DNA from: Parcubacteria group bacterium Gr01-1014_8
Lineage (GTDB): Bacteria > Patescibacteriota > Minisyncoccia > Phycocordibacterales > UBA2100
Reading direction: 5' to 3'
DNA length: 64,000 nt
Assembly: GCA_007376385.1 (NCBI GenBank)
Contig: VMGC01000003.1
Coordinates: forward strand, 1 to 64,000
The position numbers were made by a program, and so were the translations under genes. The notes below the pieces were generated by a model. It worked only from the letters and a program-made list of their open reading frames with translations, was not told where the DNA came from and did not search any database. Shown here piece by piece: positions 9,138 through 18,707 of this stretch (position 1 is its first letter; the number at the start of each line of letters is the position of its first letter).

Positions 9138-9886
9138 ATTGAAAATTCTTTTATCAAAGTCGAGACGCGGTCGGGTTTCTCTTGCTGAACAAAGTGCGTT
9201 GCACCATCTACAACCCGAAGAACCGATCCCGCTACAAGTGAATTGATGCGCTCACCCTGTTCAAGCGGCGTTATCGTATCGTTTCTCCCCCAGATAATAA
9301 GCGTAGGTAATGAGATACGCGCGGCAAAGGCACTCAAATCTTCACGTACCACGGCAACAAAGGTGTCCTTAAGAGCTCCGGCGGTAAAATAGTCACTTCC
9401 TATTTTTTCATAGAGTTTACGGCGAAGCTGGTTGCGCCATATGCTGAGAGGAGGAATTACTGTAAGCACCTTCCCTATCTTCGCAACGCCGCCGAGCACG
9501 CTGTTCCTGGATCCCCTCTGCTTTGCAAGTCCCGCCGCAGAAATAAGAATGATCCGGCGCGGCTTTAGAATCCCACTTCCAACACCCTTAATAACGATCC
9601 TGCCGCCAAGCGAATGGCCGATAATAGTATCAACATCGAGATTTAATTTACGGATGAATTCGTTCACAAAATTCACATATGCGGAGACATTCCATGGCTG
9701 TATTGATATTTCGCTTTGCCCAAAGCCCGGCAGATCGAGACGGACGACCCTATATGTATGCTTTAACTCCCGCGAAAGCGCATCAAACGTATGAAGTGTG
9801 TCTTTCCATCCGTGAAGCATCAACACAACCCGTCCGGAACCTTCGTCCTCATATTGTGTCGCTAGATCTTGAACGATAGTCTTCAT
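9134..9886 (-). CDS. alpha/beta hydrolase
   Basis: HGW...GHSLGG nucleophile elbow, 250 aa. Confidence 0.6.
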   Translation of the reverse strand: MKTIVQDLATQYEDEGSGRVVLMLHGWKDTLHTFDALSRELKHTYRVVRLDLPGFGQSEISIQPWNVSAYVNFVNEFIRKLNLDVDTIIGHSLGGRIVIKGVGSGILKPRRIILISAAGLAKQRGSRNSVLGGVAKIGKVLTVIPPLSIWRNQLRRKLYEKIGSDYFTAGALKDTFVAVVREDLSAFAARISLPTLIIWGRNDTITPLEQGERINSLVAGSVLRVVDGATHFVQQEKPDRVSTLIKEFSI

Positions 9887-9889
9887 ATC

Positions 9890-10567
9890 TCAGGTTTTTG
9901 GCCAGATCCGTGCGGCTTTCGGCCACAACTTCGTCAAAGGATGGCCTGCACAGTCGTGCCTGCGAGCTTTGCAAATATAACGTCCATACAGAACAAGTCC
10001 ATTGTTCATATATTTCCAGTCTTTCCGGGGAACTAATTTTTCGAGGTCTTTGGAAATCTTCGTAAGATCCGTGTGACCCGTCAGATCAAATTTTCGGGCA
10101 AATCGCTTCACATGAGTATCCGTCGCGATTCCCGGCCATACATCGTACAATTCTCCCAGAACAACATGAGCAGTTTTATACCCGACCCCCGGCAATTTCT
10201 GTAGCATCGCTGCGTCGCTCGGCACTTTGCCTTTGTATTGCTGTGCGACTATTTTTGCAGCCTGTATTATCGCCTTTGATTTATTCCGAAAAAACGAGAC
10301 TCGGGATACTTCCCTTTCAAGAACTTTGGCATCGGCTTTTGCGAATGCTTTTGCATCCTTGTATTTCCTAAAAAGCTCTTCAGTAACCTTGTTCACTAAC
10401 TTATCCGTGCATTGTGCTGAGAGAATGACCGCAACAACGAACTGAAACGGCGTTTTGTATTGTAATTCGCTTTTTGGTTCAGGGTATTTCTTTTTTAGAT
10501 ACCGTACGATCTCTTCTGCTCTTTTTCGCCGTTTCGCAGTAGGTATCATACGGCGACTCCCTGACAC
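9890..10567 (-). CDS. nth: endonuclease III family HhH-GPD glycosylase
   Basis: LPGVGYKTAHVVL HhH-GPD motif, C-terminal Cys-containing segment. Confidence 0.8.
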   Translation of the reverse strand: MSGSRRMIPTAKRRKRAEEIVRYLKKKYPEPKSELQYKTPFQFVVAVILSAQCTDKLVNKVTEELFRKYKDAKAFAKADAKVLEREVSRVSFFRNKSKAIIQAAKIVAQQYKGKVPSDAAMLQKLPGVGYKTAHVVLGELYDVWPGIATDTHVKRFARKFDLTGHTDLTKISKDLEKLVPRKDWKYMNNGLVLYGRYICKARRHDCAGHPLTKLWPKAARIWPKT

Positions 10568-10581
10568 ATTCTCCTCCCAAA

Positions 10582-11043
10582 TTAGTATTGCTGAATAAAG
10601 ATCGGCACTTCAACAGATGCATCGCGTTCCTCATCGCCAGAAGGATTATCTTTGTGCAGTATAAGAGTCGCAGGTCCACTGTAGACCTCGGTCAGTTTTA
10701 CTTCAGCTTTGAAAGGAACGAATTCTTCGGTCATCCATTCGCCTTCAGCTTCTGCATGCCCCATAGCGACCACTTTTCCCCCTTCTGCGACGACCTCGAC
10801 GGGAAAACTTGCCTCGAAGTACCAAGGGCCTCGTGCTTGTCCAAAAACGCTGAATTCACGAAGCACCGTCACACCTGCTGGGATATTGTCAATGACTATC
10901 ATGTCTTTATCCGCATTGTTGTAATGTATCTTTACTGAATTTCCTTCAAAAAACCCCGAACCGTAATCAGAGGTAAGAAACCATACAAGGCCCGCAAGGA
11001 GAGCGATGCCAATTACGCCGATCAGTATCATCTGTTTGCTCAT
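10582..11043 (-). CDS. membrane-anchored Gmad2-like Ig-fold domain protein
   Basis: N-terminal TM helix. GPWYFEASFPVEV...EWMTEEFVPF resembles the Gmad2 domain. Confidence 0.45.
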   Translation of the reverse strand: MSKQMILIGVIGIALLAGLVWFLTSDYGSGFFEGNSVKIHYNNADKDMIVIDNIPAGVTVLREFSVFGQARGPWYFEASFPVEVVAEGGKVVAMGHAEAEGEWMTEEFVPFKAEVKLTEVYSGPATLILHKDNPSGDEERDASVEVPIFIQQY

Positions 11044-11058
11044 ACGGCTGATTTTACA

Positions 11059-11487
11059 TTACCTTTTGACGAAACGCGAAACGATGAAGAGGGTTGCGGG
11101 GAGCAGCAACGACATTTGAAGTATCGGCGAAACAGCGACCCCTAATATTGGGATGATGGGCATTTCAGGAAGATATTGCCAGCGATCAAGCGCTAGACCT
11201 TTATATTCCACAAATAGGGCGATCAAAAAACCGAGCGCAACGAGCGCAAGGTAATCGGACATCCGCATTTCATGGATCCAATCGAGAGAGCGCCTGATGC
11301 CGCTTACGAGCGCGAACGCACCGAGCGTATATAACACATCCCCTATTGTTGCCATTAGTACAACCGGCATTCCGAGGGTCCAGCTTTCATAACCCGTATA
11401 GAGATGAACATGCCACGACTCCCATGCAAGATGCAATGTGAATGAGACAAGCACTATCAATGTCAGCGTGGCGTACAAAGACCTCAT
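11059..11487 (-). CDS. integral membrane protein (4 predicted TM helices), function unknown
   Basis: Hydrophobicity pattern only. Confidence 0.4.
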   Translation of the reverse strand: MRSLYATLTLIVLVSFTLHLAWESWHVHLYTGYESWTLGMPVVLMATIGDVLYTLGAFALVSGIRRSLDWIHEMRMSDYLALVALGFLIALFVEYKGLALDRWQYLPEMPIIPILGVAVSPILQMSLLLPATLFIVSRFVKR

Positions 11488-11491
11488 AGTG

Positions 11492-12478
11492 TTAGCTTCT
11501 TTTTCCGTCCACCAAGCGCATCAATAATTCCGCTATCTTGTCAGAGTCATGCCGAATAAGCGCGCGGCGCAGCACATCACCCTTCGCTTTCCTTGTAACA
11601 CCGTTCGCAAGGAGATCAGCGCCCACAAGTGCATGTCCGCCATGTGCGGCTTTTCCGAGTGTTACGGGCTCTCCTTCATCCCTATATTTGCGAAGCAACG
11701 CGGACCCGGGTTTTTTCGTGTTGTATACCACTGTGTCAAACATGTTCTTTTTTCCAATGCATTGCTCAAATGTCCGCACGTAATCCGCAACCTTGAAATC
11801 ATCGGTGTGTCCGTTCTTATTCATCAAATTGACAACGTACACCTTCTTCGCTTTCGAGCGTCGGAGCGCATCGCTTATCCCCGGTACAAGAAAATTTGGT
11901 ATGAGCGATGTGTACAGATCCCCTGGACCGACGACGATGAGATCTGCCTCTCGAATTGCTTGAAGTGCCTTAGGATTGGCTCGTCCTTTCGGCTTAAGAT
12001 ATATCTTCTTGATGCCGAAACGAGATAAAAGCTGGTAATCTCCGAGCGCATCCTCACCTTCGATGACTTTGCCATTCTTAAGCTGTGCAACCAGTTTTAT
12101 TTTGTCGAGCGTAACCGGAATGACACGACCCTTAATATTTAAAATAGTGCTCGCGAGGTCAAGCGCTTTATCCAGCGAGCCTGTCACGATCTCAAGCGTT
12201 GAAATAAAGATATTCCCAAAATTGTGGCCTTTCAGCTCGCCCTTGTCGAAGCGAAAATTCATCAACTTTCGCATAACCTGCGGAGCGCTTGAGAGTGCGA
12301 CAAGACATTGCCTGAGGTCACCAGGAGGAAGAACGCCAAATTCATCCATTAAGCGGCCAGTCGAGCCGCCATCATCAGACATCGTAACTATCGCTGAAAG
12401 CTCTACTGGGTACTTCTTCAAGCCCTGCAAGAGAGCAAATCTGCCGGTCCCGCCCCCTATCGTGACGATTTTCTTCAT
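11492..12478 (-). CDS. YvcK/CofD-family protein (UPF0052, gluconeogenesis factor-like)
   Basis: MKKIVTIGGGTG N-terminal motif and overall length typical of the family. Confidence 0.8.
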   Translation of the reverse strand: MKKIVTIGGGTGRFALLQGLKKYPVELSAIVTMSDDGGSTGRLMDEFGVLPPGDLRQCLVALSSAPQVMRKLMNFRFDKGELKGHNFGNIFISTLEIVTGSLDKALDLASTILNIKGRVIPVTLDKIKLVAQLKNGKVIEGEDALGDYQLLSRFGIKKIYLKPKGRANPKALQAIREADLIVVGPGDLYTSLIPNFLVPGISDALRRSKAKKVYVVNLMNKNGHTDDFKVADYVRTFEQCIGKKNMFDTVVYNTKKPGSALLRKYRDEGEPVTLGKAAHGGHALVGADLLANGVTRKAKGDVLRRALIRHDSDKIAELLMRLVDGKRS

Positions 12479-12539
12479 ACGATAATGGCCCCTATGTGAG
12501 GCCTCTTAGATGACGAGCATAGCACAAAGGCCTTACGGA

Positions 12540-13124
12540 CTAAAGGCTCGCTACCTGGGGTCGAACGCCGAATTTCTTAAGCTCCAGAACTAATGCTGAG
12601 AGCGGGAGACCCACTATATTCCAGTAATCCCCTTCAATTGCGTCCACAAGAATCCCTGCGCGTCCCTGTATTGCGTACCCTCCCGCAACCTGTAGCGGCT
12701 CGCCCGTTCGCACGTATGCATCAATTTCTTCTCTGTCAGCTGCACGTAAATGCACTCGCGTGGAAATTACTTTTTCGGCGCTCCTGCCGCTTTTCGAGTC
12801 CACGATGACAAACCCAGTAATGATGTCATGCCATTTACCGGAAAGCATGCGGAGCATTTCCTTTGCCCGCGTTGCGGTATGCGGCTTCCCCAATAACTCC
12901 TTTCCAAAAATAATGAACGTGTCAGCACCGATGATGAGCGCGTTCGGATGTTTTGCTGCGACTGCTTCCGCTTTTCCTCGGGCCATTTTTAGAGCAAGTT
13001 TCTTTGGAGATAGTTTGAGACCAAGATCTTCCTCGTACCCGCTCTCGATTACCTTGAATGGGAGTCCAGTCTTTTCGAGGATCTTCTTCCTCCACGGAGA
13101 TTGAGAGGCAAGAATTATCTTTCG
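12540..13124 (-). CDS. maf: Maf-family nucleoside triphosphate pyrophosphatase
   Basis: KIILASQSPWRKKIL Maf signature. The start is probably the internal Met at 13124; the ORF extends to 13202. Confidence 0.8.
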   Translation of the reverse strand, partial: RKIILASQSPWRKKILEKTGLPFKVIESGYEEDLGLKLSPKKLALKMARGKAEAVAAKHPNALIIGADTFIIFGKELLGKPHTATRAKEMLRMLSGKWHDIITGFVIVDSKSGRSAEKVISTRVHLRAADREEIDAYVRTGEPLQVAGGYAIQGRAGILVDAIEGDYWNIVGLPLSALVLELKKFGVRPQVASL

Positions 13125-13208
13125 CATAGACGCGAGTATAACTGGATTAGTCCACAGCGCCAGTTGTGCGCCAGCGTGTCGGTTGATAGTATGCATGCAC
13201 ACACCCCA

Positions 13209-13380
13209 TACGTATCAAGAGAGTGGCGATCCTCCTTCGTTAAAACTACGGACGGAGAGCGAAATCTGGTTCGATGACCCACCGGCAACTTGTCCTTCTA
13301 AACAAGGATAAAGTGCTAAATCCAGCCCTCACGGGAAGATACTTTAATACATATCTCCCTCGGGGAGATTATTAGTTTTC
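13209..13380 (+). promoter_or_regulatory. SAM-I (S-box)-like riboswitch with terminator hairpin, leader of metK
   Basis: UAUCAAGAGAGUGGCG, GGAGAGCGAAAUCUGGUUCGAUGACCCACCGGCAACU, AAGUGCUAAAUCCAGC and GAAGAUAC resemble the conserved S-box cores. Followed by hairpin ATCTCCCtcgGGGAGAT and a T-rich tract. Confidence 0.5.
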
Positions 13381-13405
13381 TGCATTAATAAATTAATTTA
13401 GAAAT

Positions 13406-14458
13406 ATGTTCCATTTACTTGAACGATACACAGTAGAGAGCGTGACGTGCGGCCATCCTGATAAGGTCTGCGACCAGATATCAGACGCCATTCTCGATGC
13501 GATGCTTGAGCAGGATCCATATAGCCGGTCAGGGGTTGAAACGTTCGGAAGCCACGGAACTCTCATGATAGGCGGAGAAGTAAAGACGAGGGCGAAAGTA
13601 GATTTTGAGAAGATAGCGAGAAAAGTCTACAAAGATATAGGATATACGGCAAAACTTGAAGTGCTTGTTCGTATCGCACAGCAGTCACCCGACATCGCCA
13701 TGGGAGTAGACACGGGAGGAGCGGGAGACCAAGGCATCATGTATGGATACGCGACAAACGAGACAAAGGAGATGCTCCCTCTCGGTGTTGTGCTCGTGCA
13801 TGCGCTTGCACGCCGCTTGGAAAAACTTCGACGCGATAAAACGCTCAAGTGGCTCCGTCCCGATGGAAAAACACAGGTTACGATCGCGAACGGCAAGGTT
13901 ATAACCGCACTTTGCTCGACGCAGCACGACAATAAAGTGTCGCAAGAGGAAATCAGAAAACAGCTCATCAAGCACCTATTCACGCCTGTTCTCGGTTCAG
14001 TAAAAAATATTGAGATCCTAGTCAATCCAACGGGACGGTTCGTCCAAGGCGGGTTTGAAGCTGACGCAGGACTGACAGGTCGCAAAATTCAGGTGGACAC
14101 ATATGGCGGTCTGATGCCGCACGGAGGCGGGTGTTTCTCCGGAAAAGAGCCGATGAAAGTGGATCGTTCTGCCGCGTACATGTGCCGTTTCGTCGCAAAA
14201 AATCTCGTTGCAAATAAATATGCGAAGAAGGCCTTAGTGTCTGTCGCATATGCTATCGGGCGAGCAGAGCCTGTGATGATCGAAGCATTTGACGAGAAGG
14301 GAAAAAATCTAACTTCTATCGTAACGAAGAACTTTGATTTCCGCCCGCAAGCCATTATTGAGAGACTCGACTTACGCCGCCCCATCTATCAGGAAACAGC
14401 AGCATATGGACACTTCGGCGTAGCGGGCCGCTCATGGGAAAAAATAATTAAAATTTGA
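13406..14458 (+). CDS. metK: S-adenosylmethionine synthetase
   Basis: GHPDKVCDQISDAILDA N-terminal signature, GAGDQGIMYGYA motif. Confidence 0.9.
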   Translation: MFHLLERYTVESVTCGHPDKVCDQISDAILDAMLEQDPYSRSGVETFGSHGTLMIGGEVKTRAKVDFEKIARKVYKDIGYTAKLEVLVRIAQQSPDIAMGVDTGGAGDQGIMYGYATNETKEMLPLGVVLVHALARRLEKLRRDKTLKWLRPDGKTQVTIANGKVITALCSTQHDNKVSQEEIRKQLIKHLFTPVLGSVKNIEILVNPTGRFVQGGFEADAGLTGRKIQVDTYGGLMPHGGGCFSGKEPMKVDRSAAYMCRFVAKNLVANKYAKKALVSVAYAIGRAEPVMIEAFDEKGKNLTSIVTKNFDFRPQAIIERLDLRRPIYQETAAYGHFGVAGRSWEKIIKI

Positions 14459-14550
14459 AGGGCAATCTTTGCTAGCGCGTCATTCGAAAATGAATACATG
14501 CGTTGCACTCACTTCCTCACAATCCTCGTTAGATAGGCTAGAATGCTCGG

Positions 14551-15207
14551 ATGAACAAGGCGTTCATTTTCGACATGGACGGCGTGCTCATAGACAGTGA
14601 GCGCATATGGCTTGCGCATGACAAACGGATTCTTGATGATTTATTTACCGGTGAGGCGCGCATTAAGATGGGGAATTCGATCGGACTGAACATACGAGGC
14701 ATTCATGAAAAGGCGGCGAGGATCGGACATCCCGTTGATATTAAGACACTCGCAAATGAGTACGGCCGTGTAGCACCCGAAGTGTATGAACTCTCTAAAA
14801 TCACACACGACATTGACGCTCTCGTAGAAAGATTGATCGGCTGGAACTTCATGCTTGGTGTCGTCAGCGCATCACCGCAACGTGATATCGCTAAAGTGCT
14901 CACTCGAATCGCCACTCGCAAGAAATTCGAGGTGACTGTTTCCCTCGCCGATCGACACGACCTTCAACCGAAACCCTCTCCCGATGGTTATCTCGAAGCG
15001 CTACGTGAACTGAATGCCGATGCCAAACAGTCTTTCATCTTGGAAGATTCGAATTACGGTATTGAAGCAGGAAAATCCGCCGGTTGTACAGTCATCGGCT
15101 ATCGCGGCAATCTGATCGATGGATACGAACAAACGGGAGCTGATGAATATGCTAACACGATGGACGATGTCGCGGAGATAGTGAAAAAGCGAGCTACTCA
15201 ACCGTAA
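14551..15207 (+). CDS. HAD-IA hydrolase (beta-phosphoglucomutase-like)
   Basis: FIFDMDGVLIDSE motif I. Confidence 0.75.
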   Translation: MNKAFIFDMDGVLIDSERIWLAHDKRILDDLFTGEARIKMGNSIGLNIRGIHEKAARIGHPVDIKTLANEYGRVAPEVYELSKITHDIDALVERLIGWNFMLGVVSASPQRDIAKVLTRIATRKKFEVTVSLADRHDLQPKPSPDGYLEALRELNADAKQSFILEDSNYGIEAGKSAGCTVIGYRGNLIDGYEQTGADEYANTMDDVAEIVKKRATQP

Positions 15208-17020
15208 CCGATTTCGCGAGATTGCGCGGCCGATCTACATTCAGCCCTTTTTCTTTCGCAAAATAGTACGCAAAAAGCTGCAACGGCACGACATTCAATA
15301 TGGGACTTAGCATCTCGATAGTTTCTGGGACGTACAGACAATCGTCCACAAGTTTTGCTATATCGCTATCGCCCTCACTTGCGAGCGCGATGACAGGACC
15401 TTTTCTAGCTTTTATCTCGTGGATGTTCGATATCATCTTTTCGTACATTGAATCTTTAGTAACTATCGCTATAGTCGGAAAATTCTCGTCTATCATTGCA
15501 ATAGGTCCGTGTTTCATCTCCCCTGCTCCGCACCCCTCAGCATGAATATACGAAAGTTCTTTTAATTTGATGGCACCCTCATACGCGACGGGATAATTGT
15601 ATTTGCGGCCGATAAATAGAAAGTCACGATTTTTAATATATTTCTTTGCTAAAGCCTCGATTTTTTGTCGGTTATCCAATATTCGCTGGACTTTTGCCGG
15701 CAATTCTTTCAGGGCTCGTGCGATCTCCTGTCCTTCCTCCTGCGTCATGCCCCGCAGTCTCCCCAAAAACATCGTGAGAAGGGCCAGCACCGTCATTTGA
15801 GAGAGGAACGCCTTCGTTGAGGCTACGCTAATTTCTGGACCCGCGTGATTGTACACGCCAGCGTCGGTTTCTCGAGCAATGGTAGAACCGACGGCATTCA
15901 CGATACCGAGTGTAAGAGCACCTCGCCTTTTTCCCTCTCGTACAGCCTCAAGGGTGTCGAGCGTCTCACCGGATTGCGATATCGCGAGTACTGCTGTTTT
16001 CTCATTAATGACCGGTTTCTTGTATCGAAATTCAGAACCTATCTCAACTTCAACCGGGATTTTTGCATGCTCCTCGAGCATGTATTCTCCTACCAACCCT
16101 GCATATGAAGCAGTGCCGCACGCAACAACAACGATGCGATCAACATTCTCGAGTTGAGCGCCCGCAGACTCCAGTCCTCCGAGCTTAGCGTTGCCTTTAT
16201 CAACGACCAATCTTCCCCGCAACGTATTCTCTATGACTTCCGGACCCTCCATGATCTCCTTGAGCATGAAGTGTTCATACCCGCCTTTTTGCGCTTCCTC
16301 TGCGTTCCACTCGATATTTTCCGGGCTTCGATGAACGCCAGTGGAATCAAGCTTGAATATTCTGTGCTTATCCGGCGTAATCACTGCGACTTCCCCATCC
16401 TCAAGAAACACAACAGTCCGGGTGTGAGGTAGGATCGGCGACGGATCAGACGCAATAAAATGCTCCTTGTCGCCAAGTCCGAGGACTATCGGCGAGCCCA
16501 TACGAGCAGCAATAATGCGCTCCGGTTCATGTTTGTATTGCATGGCGATGCCATATGTTCCCCGCACTTCATTCAGAGCGGCAAGCGCGGCTTTTTCGAA
16601 ATCATTCTCGCTTTTCATGTGTTCTTCCACTAAATGCACGAGGATCTCTGTGTCGGAATCAGATACGAAAATATGCCCGGTCTTTTCCAATCTCGCTTTC
16701 AGTTCCTTAAAATTTTCAATGATGCCGTTATGTACAAGCATTATCTGCCCCGTGCAATCGCTATGAGGGTGTGCATTTGCTTCAGTGGGTTCGCCATGCG
16801 TTGCCCAGCGAAGATGAGCGATGCCGCTCTTTCCTTTAAATTCCTTCGGCACCTTTTTTCGGAGCTCCGTTACGGCACCGGGAGTCTTTACATTGCCCGA
16901 TTCCGGCAGAAATATACCTGCCGAGTCATAACCTCGATACTCCAAGGAAAGCAGCCCATCCATTAGGACTGTAGCCGCATTTTTCCCTTTTGAGCCGGTG
17001 TAGGCGAATATTCCACACAT
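15194..17020 (-). CDS. glmS: glutamine--fructose-6-phosphate aminotransferase
   Basis: MCGIFAY catalytic N-terminus at the internal Met, so the 5' part of the 661 aa ORF is an artefact. Two SIS domains, C-terminal KSVTVE. Confidence 0.9.
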   Translation of the reverse strand: MCGIFAYTGSKGKNAATVLMDGLLSLEYRGYDSAGIFLPESGNVKTPGAVTELRKKVPKEFKGKSGIAHLRWATHGEPTEANAHPHSDCTGQIMLVHNGIIENFKELKARLEKTGHIFVSDSDTEILVHLVEEHMKSENDFEKAALAALNEVRGTYGIAMQYKHEPERIIAARMGSPIVLGLGDKEHFIASDPSPILPHTRTVVFLEDGEVAVITPDKHRIFKLDSTGVHRSPENIEWNAEEAQKGGYEHFMLKEIMEGPEVIENTLRGRLVVDKGNAKLGGLESAGAQLENVDRIVVVACGTASYAGLVGEYMLEEHAKIPVEVEIGSEFRYKKPVINEKTAVLAISQSGETLDTLEAVREGKRRGALTLGIVNAVGSTIARETDAGVYNHAGPEISVASTKAFLSQMTVLALLTMFLGRLRGMTQEEGQEIARALKELPAKVQRILDNRQKIEALAKKYIKNRDFLFIGRKYNYPVAYEGAIKLKELSYIHAEGCGAGEMKHGPIAMIDENFPTIAIVTKDSMYEKMISNIHEIKARKGPVIALASEGDSDIAKLVDDCLYVPETIEMLSPILNVVPLQLFAYYFAKEKGLNVDRPRNLAKSVTVE

Positions 17021-17075
17021 AAATGGGTATGACGTCAATCTAGCACAATTGTTTCCAAAATATCCATATGCGGCC

Positions 17076-18134
17076 CTATATTCCCTCGAACACGGCGTCT
17101 GCAATATCGCTCCGAAACACATTGATTGCCGAGTTATCAGCCGGTCGTTTTGGATATGTTCTGTTGGTAAGGAGCACAAAAGCTACATCGCGCTCGATAT
17201 CACACACAACACTGCAACCGGTAAAACCAGTTTTTCCGAACGTGTGGACACTGCTGTGCTTGCCCATAAAATGAGGCTGGTTTAACTCCCATCCCAGACC
17301 GGTTGAATCGCCCAGTTCCTGGATCTGATTCGTTGCCATGTTGCGTATTGTTTTATTTGAAAAATATCGTCGCCCATCTAACTTCCCTCCTTTTAACAGC
17401 ATCTCAAGAAAGATCACTAGATCAGGCGCACATGAAAAAAGTCCTGCGTGTCCGACGACTCTTTCTTCGCGAGCAAAAACGCGTGCGCTTTCGTCGTGAA
17501 CTATTCCCCGCAGTTCCCCGCCACCTGACATCTCTGTTGGCGCGATCTCGCTCTGTAATTGTCTGCCCGGCAAAAAACCTGTCCGTTTCATTTTGAGCGG
17601 TCTAAAAAAATTGTCGCTCGCAGCTTGTCCAAGACCCACGCCAAATACACGTTCAACAATAAGACCAAGGAGCAACGCTGGCGTATTCGAATAACGAAAG
17701 ACAGACCCTGGCTTTGACGTTGGCTTTTGAGAGTAGACGAACTGCAAGATCTCGTCAGCAGTCTTACTAACAAGACTAGAGAGCGCTACGCCGTCAATTG
17801 TGTACGTGAGAAGATGTGTGATCGCTACGCTTTCTGCGGAACCACCATTATACTCCGGCACATACTTCATGACGGCATCGTCCAGTCGAAGCGCACCTTT
17901 ATCAAGAAGCGTGAGTGCAAGCGATGCCGTTGGAATTGATTTTGTGATAGACGCCACATCATAGATGGTGTCTTCAGCAACAAAGGAAGACGCCTCGGAA
18001 TAAGTTTGCCTCCCGAACGGATAGAACTTCCGCTCACCATTTGTTTTCACGATCCCCACGATGCCTCCCGGACAAACGCACTCTTCGATAGCCTGTATGC
18101 TCCGCTCAGCTAATCGCTCCTCAAGAGACCTCAT
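17076..18134 (-). CDS. serine hydrolase, beta-lactamase class C / penicillin-binding-protein-like
   Basis: SITKSI (SxxK) active-site motif, 352 aa. Confidence 0.7.
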   Translation of the reverse strand: MRSLEERLAERSIQAIEECVCPGGIVGIVKTNGERKFYPFGRQTYSEASSFVAEDTIYDVASITKSIPTASLALTLLDKGALRLDDAVMKYVPEYNGGSAESVAITHLLTYTIDGVALSSLVSKTADEILQFVYSQKPTSKPGSVFRYSNTPALLLGLIVERVFGVGLGQAASDNFFRPLKMKRTGFLPGRQLQSEIAPTEMSGGGELRGIVHDESARVFAREERVVGHAGLFSCAPDLVIFLEMLLKGGKLDGRRYFSNKTIRNMATNQIQELGDSTGLGWELNQPHFMGKHSSVHTFGKTGFTGCSVVCDIERDVAFVLLTNRTYPKRPADNSAINVFRSDIADAVFEGI

Positions 18135-18703
18135 TCCTTGAATAATAGCGCACGGAGTTCTTCTTTCCTTTTTTCATCCAATCGCGCCCGCCACAGCAAA
18201 AATCGTGTTGCGGTTGAGCGAAACTTTGGATCATCACAGAGACTAAGCAGTTCATCAAATGAAACGAGGCGGGATAGTATTTTTTCTCCCGGCTCAGGGT
18301 TTGGTTCCTGTTTCTTCCTGCAATTTCGCGCGACAAAAATATGAATAGTCCACTCTATCTTCCCGGATGGCATTTCTTCACCTGCCAACTGCCAGTCGTC
18401 GGATGTGTAGCCTGTCTCTTCGAGCAATTCGCGCTTCGCTGCGGGTAGCGGCTCCTCCCCAGGTTCAACACGTCCGGCAGGCATCGTGACAAATTCGCCA
18501 CTGTCCGGTTGCTGTTCGTCATGAACACATATTTTATCGCCGACTATTGCGAATATTTCTACCGTATCCGGTCGCTTCAAGCGCTCAAAAGTCCTAACGG
18601 TTCCATCGAAGACCTGCTGTTGCCACTGCCACACTTCAAAAATCTTTCCCTTGAAAACCATCTTTGCTTCAGGCGGCATGGGTTTTCTCCAACTTGCGGT
18701 CAT
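18131..18703 (-). CDS. NUDIX hydrolase
   Basis: Nudix box GRVEPGEEPLPAAKRELLEETG. Confidence 0.75.
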   Translation of the reverse strand: MTASWRKPMPPEAKMVFKGKIFEVWQWQQQVFDGTVRTFERLKRPDTVEIFAIVGDKICVHDEQQPDSGEFVTMPAGRVEPGEEPLPAAKRELLEETGYTSDDWQLAGEEMPSGKIEWTIHIFVARNCRKKQEPNPEPGEKILSRLVSFDELLSLCDDPKFRSTATRFLLWRARLDEKRKEELRALLFKE

Positions 18704-18707
18704 ATAC

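Noticed and set aside
17020-17076. glmS ribozyme upstream of glmS
   Set aside because: Only about 56 nt separate the glmS start from the preceding gene. This is too short for the roughly 150 nt ribozyme and no conserved core was seen.
15194-17179. Long 661 aa form of glmS with 53 extra N-terminal residues
   Set aside because: GlmS requires Cys1 immediately after the initiator Met (MCGIFAY). The extension would also overlap the upstream beta-lactamase-like gene.
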